This document shows positions 45,622 through 54,915 of a DNA stretch of 64,000 nucleotides, in pieces. How positions within the stretch are numbered: the stretch's first letter is position 1; each line of letters begins with the position of its first letter. The DNA is from a virus. Its lineage: Duplodnaviria; Heunggongvirae; Uroviricota; Caudoviricetes. Both the position numbers and the translations under genes were made by a program. Where the stretch lies: IMG/VR virus record IMGVR_UViG_3300035544_000169; one strand, given 5' to 3'. The notes under the pieces are model-generated. The model was not told the DNA's origin. It saw only the letters and a program-made list of their open reading frames with translations, and did not search any database.

Positions 45622-46248
45622 TTATTTGTTCATTTTATATTTTCCATAACTATAATAAGGAACTCCATCATCTATTAAATCATAATCGTCTCTTTCTGAT
45701 ATGATTGCCCATGCATCTTCGTTTTCTATATGGTATCTAACACCAACCTTTTTAGCTTGTAGTTTACCTCTAGATATTTTATTAACTATTCCCTGATTGG
45801 TTACTCCTATCAAGAATGCTAGTTCATTTGCAGATAAATCTCTACCTCTATATAATTTTATTCTTGTTTCTGCTAACGTTATTAAAAATCCAATCCGGGA
45901 GTTTAAAAGACCCCTGTTTGTACCCTGCTGAACAAAGTATTTAGAAACGATGTTTACCTGAGAATCCTCTTTTAGTTCGTTTATTATTCCAGTTATCTCA
46001 GGAATATAGTCATACTGTCCTTTTATAAAGTAAAAGAGTTTCTTTATTTCTTTAGCAAAAGGAAAAGGAAAATCAATTCTCTTATTCTCTATTGGACAGA
46101 AAAGTTCCACTGGCTCTTTGTTCACCTCTATGTCTTTTGCATACTTAAGTTCAATCTGGATTAATTCACGGAAATTGTTTTCTATATCAGATATAATTTT
46201 ATTATAAAAACTTTTTCCTTTGAAATCTTTAATGCTGTATTCATTCAT
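45622..46248 (-). CDS. Hypothetical DNA-binding protein (C-terminal HTH)
   Basis: C-terminal LSANELAFLIGVTNQGIVNKISRG HTH-like segment. Confidence 0.35.
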   Translation of the reverse strand: MNEYSIKDFKGKSFYNKIISDIENNFRELIQIELKYAKDIEVNKEPVELFCPIENKRIDFPFPFAKEIKKLFYFIKGQYDYIPEITGIINELKEDSQVNIVSKYFVQQGTNRGLLNSRIGFLITLAETRIKLYRGRDLSANELAFLIGVTNQGIVNKISRGKLQAKKVGVRYHIENEDAWAIISERDDYDLIDDGVPYYSYGKYKMNK

Positions 46249-46346
46249 TTTTTTAAACCCCCTTTTTATTTAGTGTTATTCTCTAAACTAATCATAACAT
46301 CTGCAAATTTCTTTGTCAACAACTTTTTTTAGGAATTACTCTTATT

Positions 46347-46886
46347 TTATATGTGAATTTTTTCTTTTAACATCACTTCTAATTCTCTTTTTGCAATTTC
46401 TTTTTCATCTTTTTGCAAATTGTTTTTTAAGCAAAATTCAAAGTCTATATTTGAGTTTTTAATAAATAATGCTGATTTATAAATACACTTCCAATCTTTA
46501 CCTCCTGTTATAACAACGTTCTTGTGGTAGTTTAAAAAACTGTTCTTTAAAACTAGATATATTTTATCAACTAGATTCTCATTTGTTATTTTGTATATTT
46601 TTGAAACTTTAACCCCATTTGTATATAGTTTTACAACTATATTTTTATGATTGTTTTGCAAATATTTCAAAAATTGAACGAGGTCAGTTTGAAGCGTTGC
46701 CTCTCCGCCTCTTATGGTAATTTCCTTTAAATTTTTATAATTTATATCTTCTTTATTAAAATTTTCTTTTTTTATTTTTGGAACTAGATGCAAATCCTTA
46801 CAATCTGCACACCTTAAGTTACATCCCTGAACATAGATTGTTAACTTCTTACCGTCCTCTGAATATTCCTTCTTATAAATATTCAT
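46347..46886 (-). CDS. Small radical SAM activating enzyme (NrdG-like / QueE-like; CxxxCxxC)
   Basis: YVQGCNLRCADCKD cluster motif, ITIRGGEATLQ SAM-binding motif. 179 aa, the size of class-III RNR activases. Confidence 0.5.
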   Translation of the reverse strand: MNIYKKEYSEDGKKLTIYVQGCNLRCADCKDLHLVPKIKKENFNKEDINYKNLKEITIRGGEATLQTDLVQFLKYLQNNHKNIVVKLYTNGVKVSKIYKITNENLVDKIYLVLKNSFLNYHKNVVITGGKDWKCIYKSALFIKNSNIDFEFCLKNNLQKDEKEIAKRELEVMLKEKIHI

Positions 46887-46935
46887 TCCAAACCTCCTAA
46901 AATAAAAACCCCCAAAATTAATTGAGGGTTTAAGT

Positions 46936-48123
46936 TTATTTTTTATATTTTTCTTTTATTAAAAATGAGACCTGTATCCCGATTCCTATTAATGCTGCAA
47001 GTCCTACACCGCTAAATTTATAAACTGTTATTCCACTTAGTCCAAAAACTATCATCGTAGAAGCTATAAATGTATTCTTTGGATTTGTGAAATCGACTTT
47101 ATTTGAAACAAAAGTTTTAAAGCCTAGAGTTGCTATATTACCAAAAAGAATAATCATAACTCCTCCAACAACAGCTGTTGGTATTGACTGCAGAAAAGCT
47201 GCTAATACACCTACAAAACTAAATATAATTGCAAATATACCTGCATTTCTTGTAACTTTTGGGTCTCTTATCTTTAATAGACTAACTGCTGATGTTCCTT
47301 CTGAGTAAGTTGTATTTGGTACAGAACCTATAAAAGAAAGCATTGTGCCTATTCCATCAATTAACATCGTTCTGTGCATCCCTGGTGACTTATAATACTT
47401 ATTACCAGTTGCTTCACTTATTGCAAATACATCACCAAAATGCTCTATTGTTGGAGCTAAAGCAAATGGCAGTATGTAAATTGCTGCGCTTAAATTAAAT
47501 CTTGGAAGTGTAAACTCAGGCATACTTATTAGTGGTAGAGAAACAAAAGTTACCTCTCCTAAAAATAAAGCTGATATATATCCTGTTAAAATAGCTATTA
47601 AAACTGAATATAATCTTGTTATCCCTTCTGTGAACATCATAAAATATCCCGCTGTAGACAATGTTATAATAGCTAAAAGCCAATTACCTGAAGCCATATC
47701 TATACCTGTATCTATCAGGGTCAATCCTATCAGCATAATCATTGTTCCTGAGATTACCGGAGGAAAAAGTTTTTCTGAGATGAAGTCACTGCCTGTTTTT
47801 TTAATTACAAATGAAAATAAAACCTTCATAATTCCCGCAACACCTAATGCAAAGAAAACTGATGGCATATCCCATCTATCCTGTATATAAATTATTGGTG
47901 CTATATAGGCAAATGATGAGCCTAGAAAAATTATTGGTGCTCCATATTCACCTCTACCAAAATAATGCATAATAAGTGTAGATATTCCTGCTGTAAATAA
48001 TACTATAGATGTTGAGATACCCGTCAAAAGGGGTACCAAAATCGTAGCGCCAAAGCAGACGACAAGCATCTGTAAACCTAAAAGCCATGTGTTATTTCCA
48101 ATATTGAAATTCTCTGATTTCAT
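46936..48123 (-). CDS. NCS2-family nucleobase (uracil/xanthine-type) permease
   Basis: GLQMLVVCFGATILVPLLTGISTSIVLFTAGISTLIMHYFGRG...IIFLGSSFAYIAPII closely parallels the UraA/PbuX signature regions. ~12 TM segments. Confidence 0.75.
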   Translation of the reverse strand: MKSENFNIGNNTWLLGLQMLVVCFGATILVPLLTGISTSIVLFTAGISTLIMHYFGRGEYGAPIIFLGSSFAYIAPIIYIQDRWDMPSVFFALGVAGIMKVLFSFVIKKTGSDFISEKLFPPVISGTMIMLIGLTLIDTGIDMASGNWLLAIITLSTAGYFMMFTEGITRLYSVLIAILTGYISALFLGEVTFVSLPLISMPEFTLPRFNLSAAIYILPFALAPTIEHFGDVFAISEATGNKYYKSPGMHRTMLIDGIGTMLSFIGSVPNTTYSEGTSAVSLLKIRDPKVTRNAGIFAIIFSFVGVLAAFLQSIPTAVVGGVMIILFGNIATLGFKTFVSNKVDFTNPKNTFIASTMIVFGLSGITVYKFSGVGLAALIGIGIQVSFLIKEKYKK

Positions 48124-48144
48124 TAATATTGTGCCTCCTGTTTT

Positions 48145-48438
48145 TTATAACCAATTATATTTTTTTACGTAATAAAAATCTTCGCTTATACCACAATAAG
48201 GGCAAACCTTTACTTTCTTTTCTGGATGAGTTTTAAATTTTCTATTTTTGCCACATATAGGACACCATGTATAAATTATTCTTCTGTCTGGTTTTTTGAA
48301 ATCCTTGTGTTTGTAAAGTGTTACTTTTTTGTACTTCTTTTTTTGTTTTTTGTAATATTTTTCTGCCTCTTTTTTGCTTGTAAACTTTTCTTTTTCATAT
48401 TTAAATTTTTTCTTAGCTGTAATTACAAACCACTTCAA
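48145..48438 (-). CDS. Small basic zinc-ribbon protein
   Basis: CPICGKNRKF...CPYCG, Lys-rich N-terminus. Confidence 0.4.
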   Translation of the reverse strand: MKWFVITAKKKFKYEKEKFTSKKEAEKYYKKQKKKYKKVTLYKHKDFKKPDRRIIYTWCPICGKNRKFKTHPEKKVKVCPYCGISEDFYYVKKYNWL

Positions 48439-48611
48439 TTAATACCTCCCCCTTTAAGAGATATTTACAGTACTTTATCAAATGTTTTTCTGTCTTTCCA
48501 CTCTTCTTTTTTTCCTTTATTCCAATGAGAGATAGGTGTTAAAAACCCAACAACTCTGGAATAAACTTCACATCTAGTTCTTTTGCTTTCCATAATTACC
48601 ACCTCCTTTCT

Positions 48612-49328
48612 TTAATTTCTTATTCTTACATTATCAATATACTCTTCAGCAATGCTTTTAAATTCCTTTAACTTTTTTTCACTAAAACCATTTTTGCCAC
48701 AGAGTTCTTTATTATAAGTAGAATCACCTTTGAAATTCTGGATAAAATACCAGTCAGAATTTATTATCTGAGAGGCGATTTCTCTAATGTCCTCACTTTC
48801 ATGCATTCCTGGTACTACTGTGGTTCTGATTTCATACTGAACATCATATTTTTCTTTGGCCTGATATATATTATATAAAGAGCGTTTAATCTTATCTAAA
48901 TTAATCTTGCCTCCTAATGAGCCGTATCTCTCATATGGCATTTTAAAATCCATTGCTATATAATCTATAAGACCAGAAGACGCAAGGTATAAAAGTTTTT
49001 TAGGATAGGAACCGTTAGTATCAATCTTAACTTTTAATCCCATAGTTTTAACTTTTTCAAGGAATAATTTTAAATCATCAATATCCTGCATTAAGGGCTC
49101 TCCACCAGTAATAGTAACTCCATCTATCTTTCCTTTTCTTTCGTTTAGGAACATTAAAATTTCATCTTCGTTAATTAAATTTTCTTTGTCTTTTATATCT
49201 TCACTTATTAATGATGGGTTGTGGCAGTAAGGACATCGTAAATTACAACCCTGAGTAAATAAGATTGTAGAAATATGTTCTGGATAATCCATCAAAGAAG
49301 TCTTTTGTATTCCTGCAAATTTAATCAT
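48612..49328 (-). CDS. Glycyl-radical-enzyme activating protein family (NrdG/PflA-like radical SAM)
   Basis: FTQGCNLRCPYCHNP, GVTITGGEP, 238 aa. Confidence 0.65.
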   Translation of the reverse strand: MIKFAGIQKTSLMDYPEHISTILFTQGCNLRCPYCHNPSLISEDIKDKENLINEDEILMFLNERKGKIDGVTITGGEPLMQDIDDLKLFLEKVKTMGLKVKIDTNGSYPKKLLYLASSGLIDYIAMDFKMPYERYGSLGGKINLDKIKRSLYNIYQAKEKYDVQYEIRTTVVPGMHESEDIREIASQIINSDWYFIQNFKGDSTYNKELCGKNGFSEKKLKEFKSIAEEYIDNVRIRN

Positions 49329-49923
49329 TTAAACCCTCACCAAACCTTTTTACAAAAGCTTTTTCATCTGCTGGCATTTGCTCAAAGCCAATCTCCACTA
49401 ATCCATGTAGCCTTATAATTTCATAAAAAATAGCAATAGACTTTTTAAGCTCTCCATCATTATTTTTAATAGTGTAGTCCGCTATTTCTTTATTTTTTCT
49501 TTCACGAGTCTTAATCATGTGCCAAACTCTCTTGAATGCAGCTTTAAACCCATCTCTTTTATAAAGTCTTTTTGCAAGCTGATAGAATGGTACATCAATG
49601 TAGATAACTCTAACCTCATCACCATACATACCTTTCATTTGTCTGACTCCGTTTCTGTCCATAATTACAAATACAGAATCGTTATCCTCCAACTTTCTTT
49701 CAACTTCTCTTGTTGAGAGGCAGTAATAGTTGCCGGCGTATTCTGTAAACTCAGCTTTATTCATTTTGTCTATGTCTTTTTTGGTAACAAAATAGTAAGT
49801 CTCTCCGTGAACTTCTCCTTTTCTCATATCTCTTGAGGTGTGGGATACAAGCTCAGGTAATCCTGAGCCTTTACCGATTGCAGTTTTACCAGAGCCTGAA
49901 GGTCCCATTAAGATATATATCAT
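49321..49923 (-). CDS. gmk: Guanylate kinase-like nucleoside-monophosphate kinase
   Basis: GPSGSGKT P-loop, VSHTSRDMRKGEVHGETYYFV (GMP-binding HTTR...GE..G..Y.F motif). Confidence 0.7.
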   Translation of the reverse strand: MIYILMGPSGSGKTAIGKGSGLPELVSHTSRDMRKGEVHGETYYFVTKKDIDKMNKAEFTEYAGNYYCLSTREVERKLEDNDSVFVIMDRNGVRQMKGMYGDEVRVIYIDVPFYQLAKRLYKRDGFKAAFKRVWHMIKTRERKNKEIADYTIKNNDGELKKSIAIFYEIIRLHGLVEIGFEQMPADEKAFVKRFGEGLND

Positions 49924-49934
49924 ATTTAACCCCC

Positions 49935-50360
49935 TTAAATTTCTAATTCATTTTCTAAAATAGTTCTTGTCTTATCGGTTAATTTAATTTTTTCTTTATT
50001 ATTTAAGTAATACTCTTTGGCTGTGTCACCAAATTTCAAACTCATAGCCTCCCAGTCAACTACCATCTGCTTAATATACTTATATGGTATTTCTGCTGGC
50101 TCTTTTTTCTCGTCTCTTGACAGCCAGTACTGCCAGTGGTGTGGATTGTTATAATAGTGATGCCTCCAGGCCATTTCAAATTCATGTTTATGGTTTATTT
50201 TATTTTTGTAAAAATATTTTGCATATGGCAAGAACTCACTTCCACTTAGCTTAGATAAATCATGAGTAAAGGCATGGATAAACATACCCTTACTCACTGC
50301 AACTTTAAACACATTCCATTTGTGCTCTAAAACATAAAGTAAATATTTTAAAATATACAT
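49935..50360 (-). CDS. Hypothetical protein
   Basis: 141-aa ORF, His/Trp-rich. No confident motif. Confidence 0.4.
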   Translation of the reverse strand: MYILKYLLYVLEHKWNVFKVAVSKGMFIHAFTHDLSKLSGSEFLPYAKYFYKNKINHKHEFEMAWRHHYYNNPHHWQYWLSRDEKKEPAEIPYKYIKQMVVDWEAMSLKFGDTAKEYYLNNKEKIKLTDKTRTILENELEI

Positions 50361-50363
50361 TTA

Positions 50364-53300
50364 CTAACCCCCATATCCGTTTTCAGCATCACACTTAGGA
50401 CAGAATTCGTGTTCTCCTGGCAGATACCCATGTATTGGACAAATACTAAAAGTAGGAGTAATAGAGTAATAAGGAAGTTCATAATTTTCAGCAACTCTTT
50501 TAACAAACTTTTTGGTAGCCTCTATTCCAGGCATTCTCTCTCCTAGAAATAAATGTAAAACTGTTCCTCCTGTATAATTTTTCTGAAGTTCATCCTGCCA
50601 ATCTAAAGCTTCAAAAGGGTCGTCTGTAGCCCCTACAGGTAGCTGAGTTGAATTAGTGTAATACGGGTCAGCATCTTCTGTATAAACCCTTTTATCATTA
50701 GCAAAAACAGCTTCTTCTTTCCCAAACTTATCAAGGTCTGATTTGGCCAATCTATAGCTTGTTCCTTCAGCTGGAGTAGCTTCAAGGTTAAAAAGGTCAC
50801 TTGTTTCTTCCTGGTACTCCACCATTCTTTCTTTCATTTTGTGCATAACCCATTTAGTAAATTTAATAGCTTCATGTTCTGTCATATCTTTTCCTAAGAA
50901 ATTCATAACAGATTCATTCATTCCATTTAATCCGATTGTATTAAAGTGATTTTTCCAGTACTCTCCAAAACGTTCCTTAATACTTCTTAGATAAAACTTA
51001 GAATAAGGGTAAAGACCTGCATCTGTTAACTCTTCTAAAATTCTTCTTTTAATTTCTAAACTTTCTTTTGCAATATCCATTAATTCATAGACTCTCTCTA
51101 AATAATCATCAGTATTTTCTGCTAAAAGTCCAATTCTGGGCATATTAAGTGTTACTACACCGATAGAGCCTGTCATAGGCGATGAGCCGAATAAACCTCC
51201 TCCTCGCTTTCTTAATTGCCGATTATCAAGGCGCAGCCTGCAGTTATGAGTCAAGATTCCAGTTGTGCCAACCGTAAACATTGGTTCTCCATCTTTGACT
51301 TCAAAACAATAAGCCGTTTGTTTTTCTTTTAGTTTTTCAACTTTATCTATTTTCATCCACAGTTTTGAGTCTTTTTTAAACCAAACGTCGCCATAACTAT
51401 TTCTATTTAATTTGTAAAATAAAACAGCATAATTTGGATTATCTCCTAGTCTTCCATCACTTTTTTTTCTGTCATCAGTATAAACATTGGTTGTTGTTCC
51501 CAGAGTAGCAGCTAACATATTTAAGCTTTCTACCATTTTTTCTGATGATGTATAAATTCTATTTTTGTTTCCTCCATCAGTTTCATAATAGCCATCAAAT
51601 AATCCTGTTCTAAAGTGTTTGCTCATTTCAAAAACATTTGCTTTGAAGTATTTATTTAATGCATTATCCCCATCAACAAAACTTTCAATCATTGATTTTA
51701 CTGCTGGATTATATGTTGAAAGTTTAACTACATTATTTTTTTCTTCTTTTTCGGTAAATTTAGCCCCAAAAAGTTTAGTCAGTATTTCTTTTAAATTTTC
51801 AAGCACTGTTAGCTTGGTATTATTATTTAAAGAAAAAACAGTTCCTGTATTTTTATCACAGCTTCCGTCTCCTGCAAAAGCTCCTATTAAATAGCCAAGG
51901 TCATAAGTTCCTCCTTCGCCTTTAAAACTTGTTAAGCTATAAGGTAGATAATAACCTTCTTTTAAGTCTTTTCCTGACATTTCTTCAATATCTTTATTTT
52001 TATTTTTGATAACAAAATTTAAATGTTCTTCAGTCATCTTTATCTCATGCCCGTTAACCAATCTTACATTTATCATATTTTGATTTTCAAACTTATTGAA
52101 TCGACCTTCTATAAATTTACCATCAGAATAGACTAATATATCATCATTATCTTTAGTGTCATAATATGTGTGGTTAATTTGGGAGTATCTTACATTGTCA
52201 TCACCTGTTTTAACTAATACCTTTTCTTTTCCGTCAAGTGGGCACATTGAGCGAGCGTCTTCAGCTTTCATATCTGAGTTTAAAAAATTGGCAAAATATG
52301 GAATTCCGTACTTGGCTGTCATTTCCCAGACAGGGTCAAGGACCTCATTATCCCAATCAAAATCTGGAGTAATGTTATAAGTAGGAATAGGGAAAGAAAA
52401 TACTCTTCCTTTTGAATCTCCCGCCAGCATAACCTCAGCAAAAGCCTTGTTAATCATGTCCATTTCCTTCTGGAAATTTTTAAGCGGCATGTCATAAAGC
52501 ATTTCGCCACCAATAATAGCTGGGTCCTCTGCCATATTTGATGGACAAACTAAATCCATAGTTAAATTTGTAAAAGGACTTTGAAATCCAACCCGTGTCG
52601 GTACATTTAAATTAAAAATAAATTCCTGCATAGCCTGATAAACTTCATCATAATCAAGTCCATCATAAGATACAAACGGTGCAAGATAAGTATCGAAACT
52701 TGAAAAAGCTTGAGCTCCAGAACTCTCTCCCTGTAAAGTATATAAAAAATTAACCATTTGTCCTAAAGCAGTTCTGAAGTGTTTTGGTGGTGCCGACTCT
52801 ATCTTGGTTGACACTCCTGAAAAACCTTCCAATAATAAATCCTGAAGGTCCCATCCACAACAGTAATTACTTAAATTAGCAAGGTCGTGAATGTGCAAAT
52901 CTCCACTTACATGCTTTTCTTTAATGTGTTTAGGGTAAATTTCATTTAACCAATAATGGCCTGTCACCTCGCTTGCTATATGATTATTTAAACCCTGAAG
53001 ACTATAACCCATATTGGAGTTCTCATTAACTTTCCAATTGCTTAAATCAAGGTAATTATTAACTGTATCATTTATTCCATTGTATAGTTTTTGAGCATCT
53101 CTATACTTTTCATGCTGCTTTCTATATAATATATAGTTTTTTGCTATTTCATAATGTCTGTTTTCCATTAATTCATACTCAACAATATCCTGTAAAGTCT
53201 CAACATTAACAGAGTTTAATCCAGAACTAATCATTCCACTTATATTATCTTCTATTTCTTCAACAATATTATTTGCAACAAAATTCCAAAAATCTTCACC

Positions 53301-53405
53301 TTTTTTTTCTGCTGTTGCCTTCGCTGCTTTATAAACTGCATCTTTAATTTTTTTATTTTTATATTCTACTTTTCTTCCGTCTCTTTTAATTACATAAAAC
53401 GACAT
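50364..53405 (-). CDS. nrdD: Anaerobic ribonucleoside-triphosphate reductase (class III, NrdD) interrupted by a LAGLIDADG intein
   Basis: N-terminal ATP-cone-like region, core ...SMC|RLRLDNRQLRKRGGGLFGSSPMTGSIGVVTLNMPRIGL (cf. the E. coli MGCRSF...LGVVTLNLPRIAL), C-terminal Zn ribbon C...CPKC. The intein Cys...THN/C boundaries are present. Confidence 0.85.
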   Translation of the reverse strand: MSFYVIKRDGRKVEYKNKKIKDAVYKAAKATAEKKGEDFWNFVANNIVEEIEDNISGMISSGLNSVNVETLQDIVEYELMENRHYEIAKNYILYRKQHEKYRDAQKLYNGINDTVNNYLDLSNWKVNENSNMGYSLQGLNNHIASEVTGHYWLNEIYPKHIKEKHVSGDLHIHDLANLSNYCCGWDLQDLLLEGFSGVSTKIESAPPKHFRTALGQMVNFLYTLQGESSGAQAFSSFDTYLAPFVSYDGLDYDEVYQAMQEFIFNLNVPTRVGFQSPFTNLTMDLVCPSNMAEDPAIIGGEMLYDMPLKNFQKEMDMINKAFAEVMLAGDSKGRVFSFPIPTYNITPDFDWDNEVLDPVWEMTAKYGIPYFANFLNSDMKAEDARSMCPLDGKEKVLVKTGDDNVRYSQINHTYYDTKDNDDILVYSDGKFIEGRFNKFENQNMINVRLVNGHEIKMTEEHLNFVIKNKNKDIEEMSGKDLKEGYYLPYSLTSFKGEGGTYDLGYLIGAFAGDGSCDKNTGTVFSLNNNTKLTVLENLKEILTKLFGAKFTEKEEKNNVVKLSTYNPAVKSMIESFVDGDNALNKYFKANVFEMSKHFRTGLFDGYYETDGGNKNRIYTSSEKMVESLNMLAATLGTTTNVYTDDRKKSDGRLGDNPNYAVLFYKLNRNSYGDVWFKKDSKLWMKIDKVEKLKEKQTAYCFEVKDGEPMFTVGTTGILTHNCRLRLDNRQLRKRGGGLFGSSPMTGSIGVVTLNMPRIGLLAENTDDYLERVYELMDIAKESLEIKRRILEELTDAGLYPYSKFYLRSIKERFGEYWKNHFNTIGLNGMNESVMNFLGKDMTEHEAIKFTKWVMHKMKERMVEYQEETSDLFNLEATPAEGTSYRLAKSDLDKFGKEEAVFANDKRVYTEDADPYYTNSTQLPVGATDDPFEALDWQDELQKNYTGGTVLHLFLGERMPGIEATKKFVKRVAENYELPYYSITPTFSICPIHGYLPGEHEFCPKCDAENGYGG
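51243..52244 (-). other. Intein (334 aa, LAGLIDADG homing-endonuclease type) within nrdD
   Basis: Begins CPLDGKEKVL (Cys1), contains LGYLIGAFAGDGS (LAGLIDADG block), ends GILTHN followed by the extein Cys (CRLRLD). The spliced junction restores the conserved SM-CR motif. Confidence 0.7.
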
Positions 53406-53417
53406 TTTACTCCCCCT

Positions 53418-53792
53418 TTAAATTATTAACCGTTTATTTTTTACTTTCTGTTTTTTATTTATTACTATTTTTTTATCTTTAAGGTCTTCGTTTAAGTTTA
53501 CATTATAAAATCTTTTATAAAGCTTTGAGGCCTCATCATTTAGGCAATCTTTTACATTTTGGCCACATGTTTTATGATTATAAAGGCAGTCTGAACAAAA
53601 AACACTTATAGATTCTTCTTCACTTCTCTCGTTTTTATAATCATCACTAATATTTAAATTATTAATTTTACACTTTATAGCATTTTCAGTCCTGTTTATA
53701 ACTTTAGACAATTCTTTAGCTGAAAGCCTTGGATATTGCAGAAGATAAAACATTTCTGTAGCTGTCCACCTCTTAGAAGCCATACATATCAT
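53418..53792 (-). CDS. Hypothetical HTH-containing protein
   Basis: LSAKELSKVINRTENAIKCKI HTH-like segment, and a Cys-rich stretch CSDCLYNHKTCGQNVKDC. Confidence 0.3.
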   Translation of the reverse strand: MICMASKRWTATEMFYLLQYPRLSAKELSKVINRTENAIKCKINNLNISDDYKNERSEEESISVFCSDCLYNHKTCGQNVKDCLNDEASKLYKRFYNVNLNEDLKDKKIVINKKQKVKNKRLII

Positions 53793-53795
53793 CCC

Positions 53796-54632
53796 TTATT
53801 TTATATTTTTTAATCTTCTATAGATTGTCATCGGGGTTTTATCCAGCATATCTCCTATTTCTTCAACAGTTTTGTTATTAACTAAGTACTCATTAGCTAT
53901 TATTTTATTCTCTATGTTCTTATCTTTTATTTTTTCAAGTTTATTTCTGATAGTATTAATCCTTCTTGAAATTGATGATTTAGATTTTCCTAATCTCTCA
54001 CCTATTTCGTCTAAGATTAAATGGTCTTCAAATCTTAGTTTTAAAATTAACCTTTCTTCAATTGTTAAATCAGAAAATCTATTGTTGCATGTATTTCCAT
54101 TAACCCAATCTCTATCAATACTTGTTTTTGAAACTTCATCTTTTTCTGTGACTAAAAATGGATTTTGCATAGGCCACTTTTCTATATTATCTGATAAAGG
54201 TTCTGTCTTTACATTGTTTACTGTATTGTTTTTTAGTATATAAGGAAAATAAATTGACAAGAAATAATCAAATGGACTTTCAACTTCTTTTCTCTCATCA
54301 TATTCTGATATATCAAAAACATCTAAAGAAATTAAAAAAGATAATTTTACATCCTGATAGACATCTTCAAAATCATATGCTGAATATATTGCGTTAATAA
54401 CACTTACAACATTGGTTAATTCTTCTACTGAAGAGCTGCCTCCGGGCTGAAGAAGTCTAAGAAAGTTTTTAACTGAAGTGTTGCTTTTATAAGAGCCGTG
54501 ATAAATAAGCGAAACAAAGTTTTTTATGAATGCATCATACATGTCTAAAAGTTTTTGTCCTGACTCTTTATTTCCTTTTTTGTATTCTTCTATTAGCTTT
54601 AGTTTCTCACTCATCATAATTTCCCTCTTCAA
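53796..54632 (-). CDS. Phage-encoded sigma-70-family sigma factor (regions 2 and 4)
   Basis: C-terminal LILKLRFEDHLILDEIGERLGKSKSSISRRINTIRNKL (region 4 HTH), and a second HTH TVEEIGDMLDKTPMTIYRRLK. N-terminal region-2-like helices. Confidence 0.5.
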   Translation of the reverse strand: MKREIMMSEKLKLIEEYKKGNKESGQKLLDMYDAFIKNFVSLIYHGSYKSNTSVKNFLRLLQPGGSSSVEELTNVVSVINAIYSAYDFEDVYQDVKLSFLISLDVFDISEYDERKEVESPFDYFLSIYFPYILKNNTVNNVKTEPLSDNIEKWPMQNPFLVTEKDEVSKTSIDRDWVNGNTCNNRFSDLTIEERLILKLRFEDHLILDEIGERLGKSKSSISRRINTIRNKLEKIKDKNIENKIIANEYLVNNKTVEEIGDMLDKTPMTIYRRLKNIK

Positions 54633-54900
54633 AATCTTCTATTAACTTCCTCAAAGTATCTTCTATATTTCCATTGTAATCTCCAGAAAACCCATCATCC
54701 AAACCTTTATCAACTAACAAGTTTGTTTCCGCACTATCAAAAGGATTAAAAAATAAAAATTCAATCTCAGTCCCTAAAGTTTGACTTTCTTTGTCTACCT
54801 GTCCTAACATGCATAAAAAATCTTTAATATCCTGTGGGTGTTCAGAAAAAATTTCATCAAGACTAATTTCTACATCGAAATTATCAAAATTAAATATCAT
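54607..54900 (-). CDS. Small highly acidic protein (possible DNA-mimic/anti-restriction-type)
   Basis: 97 aa with a very high D/E content. No motif. Function is speculative. Confidence 0.3.
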   Translation of the reverse strand: MIFNFDNFDVEISLDEIFSEHPQDIKDFLCMLGQVDKESQTLGTEIEFLFFNPFDSAETNLLVDKGLDDGFSGDYNGNIEDTLRKLIEDFEEGNYDE

Positions 54901-54915
54901 TTATTATCACGCCTT

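Noticed and set aside
46347-46886. Calling ORF 46347 definitively QueE (7-deazaguanine pathway)
   Set aside because: Only the generic CxxxCxxC and GGE motifs are visible. No QueC/QueD/FolE/DpdA genes are in the window, and the size also fits NrdG.
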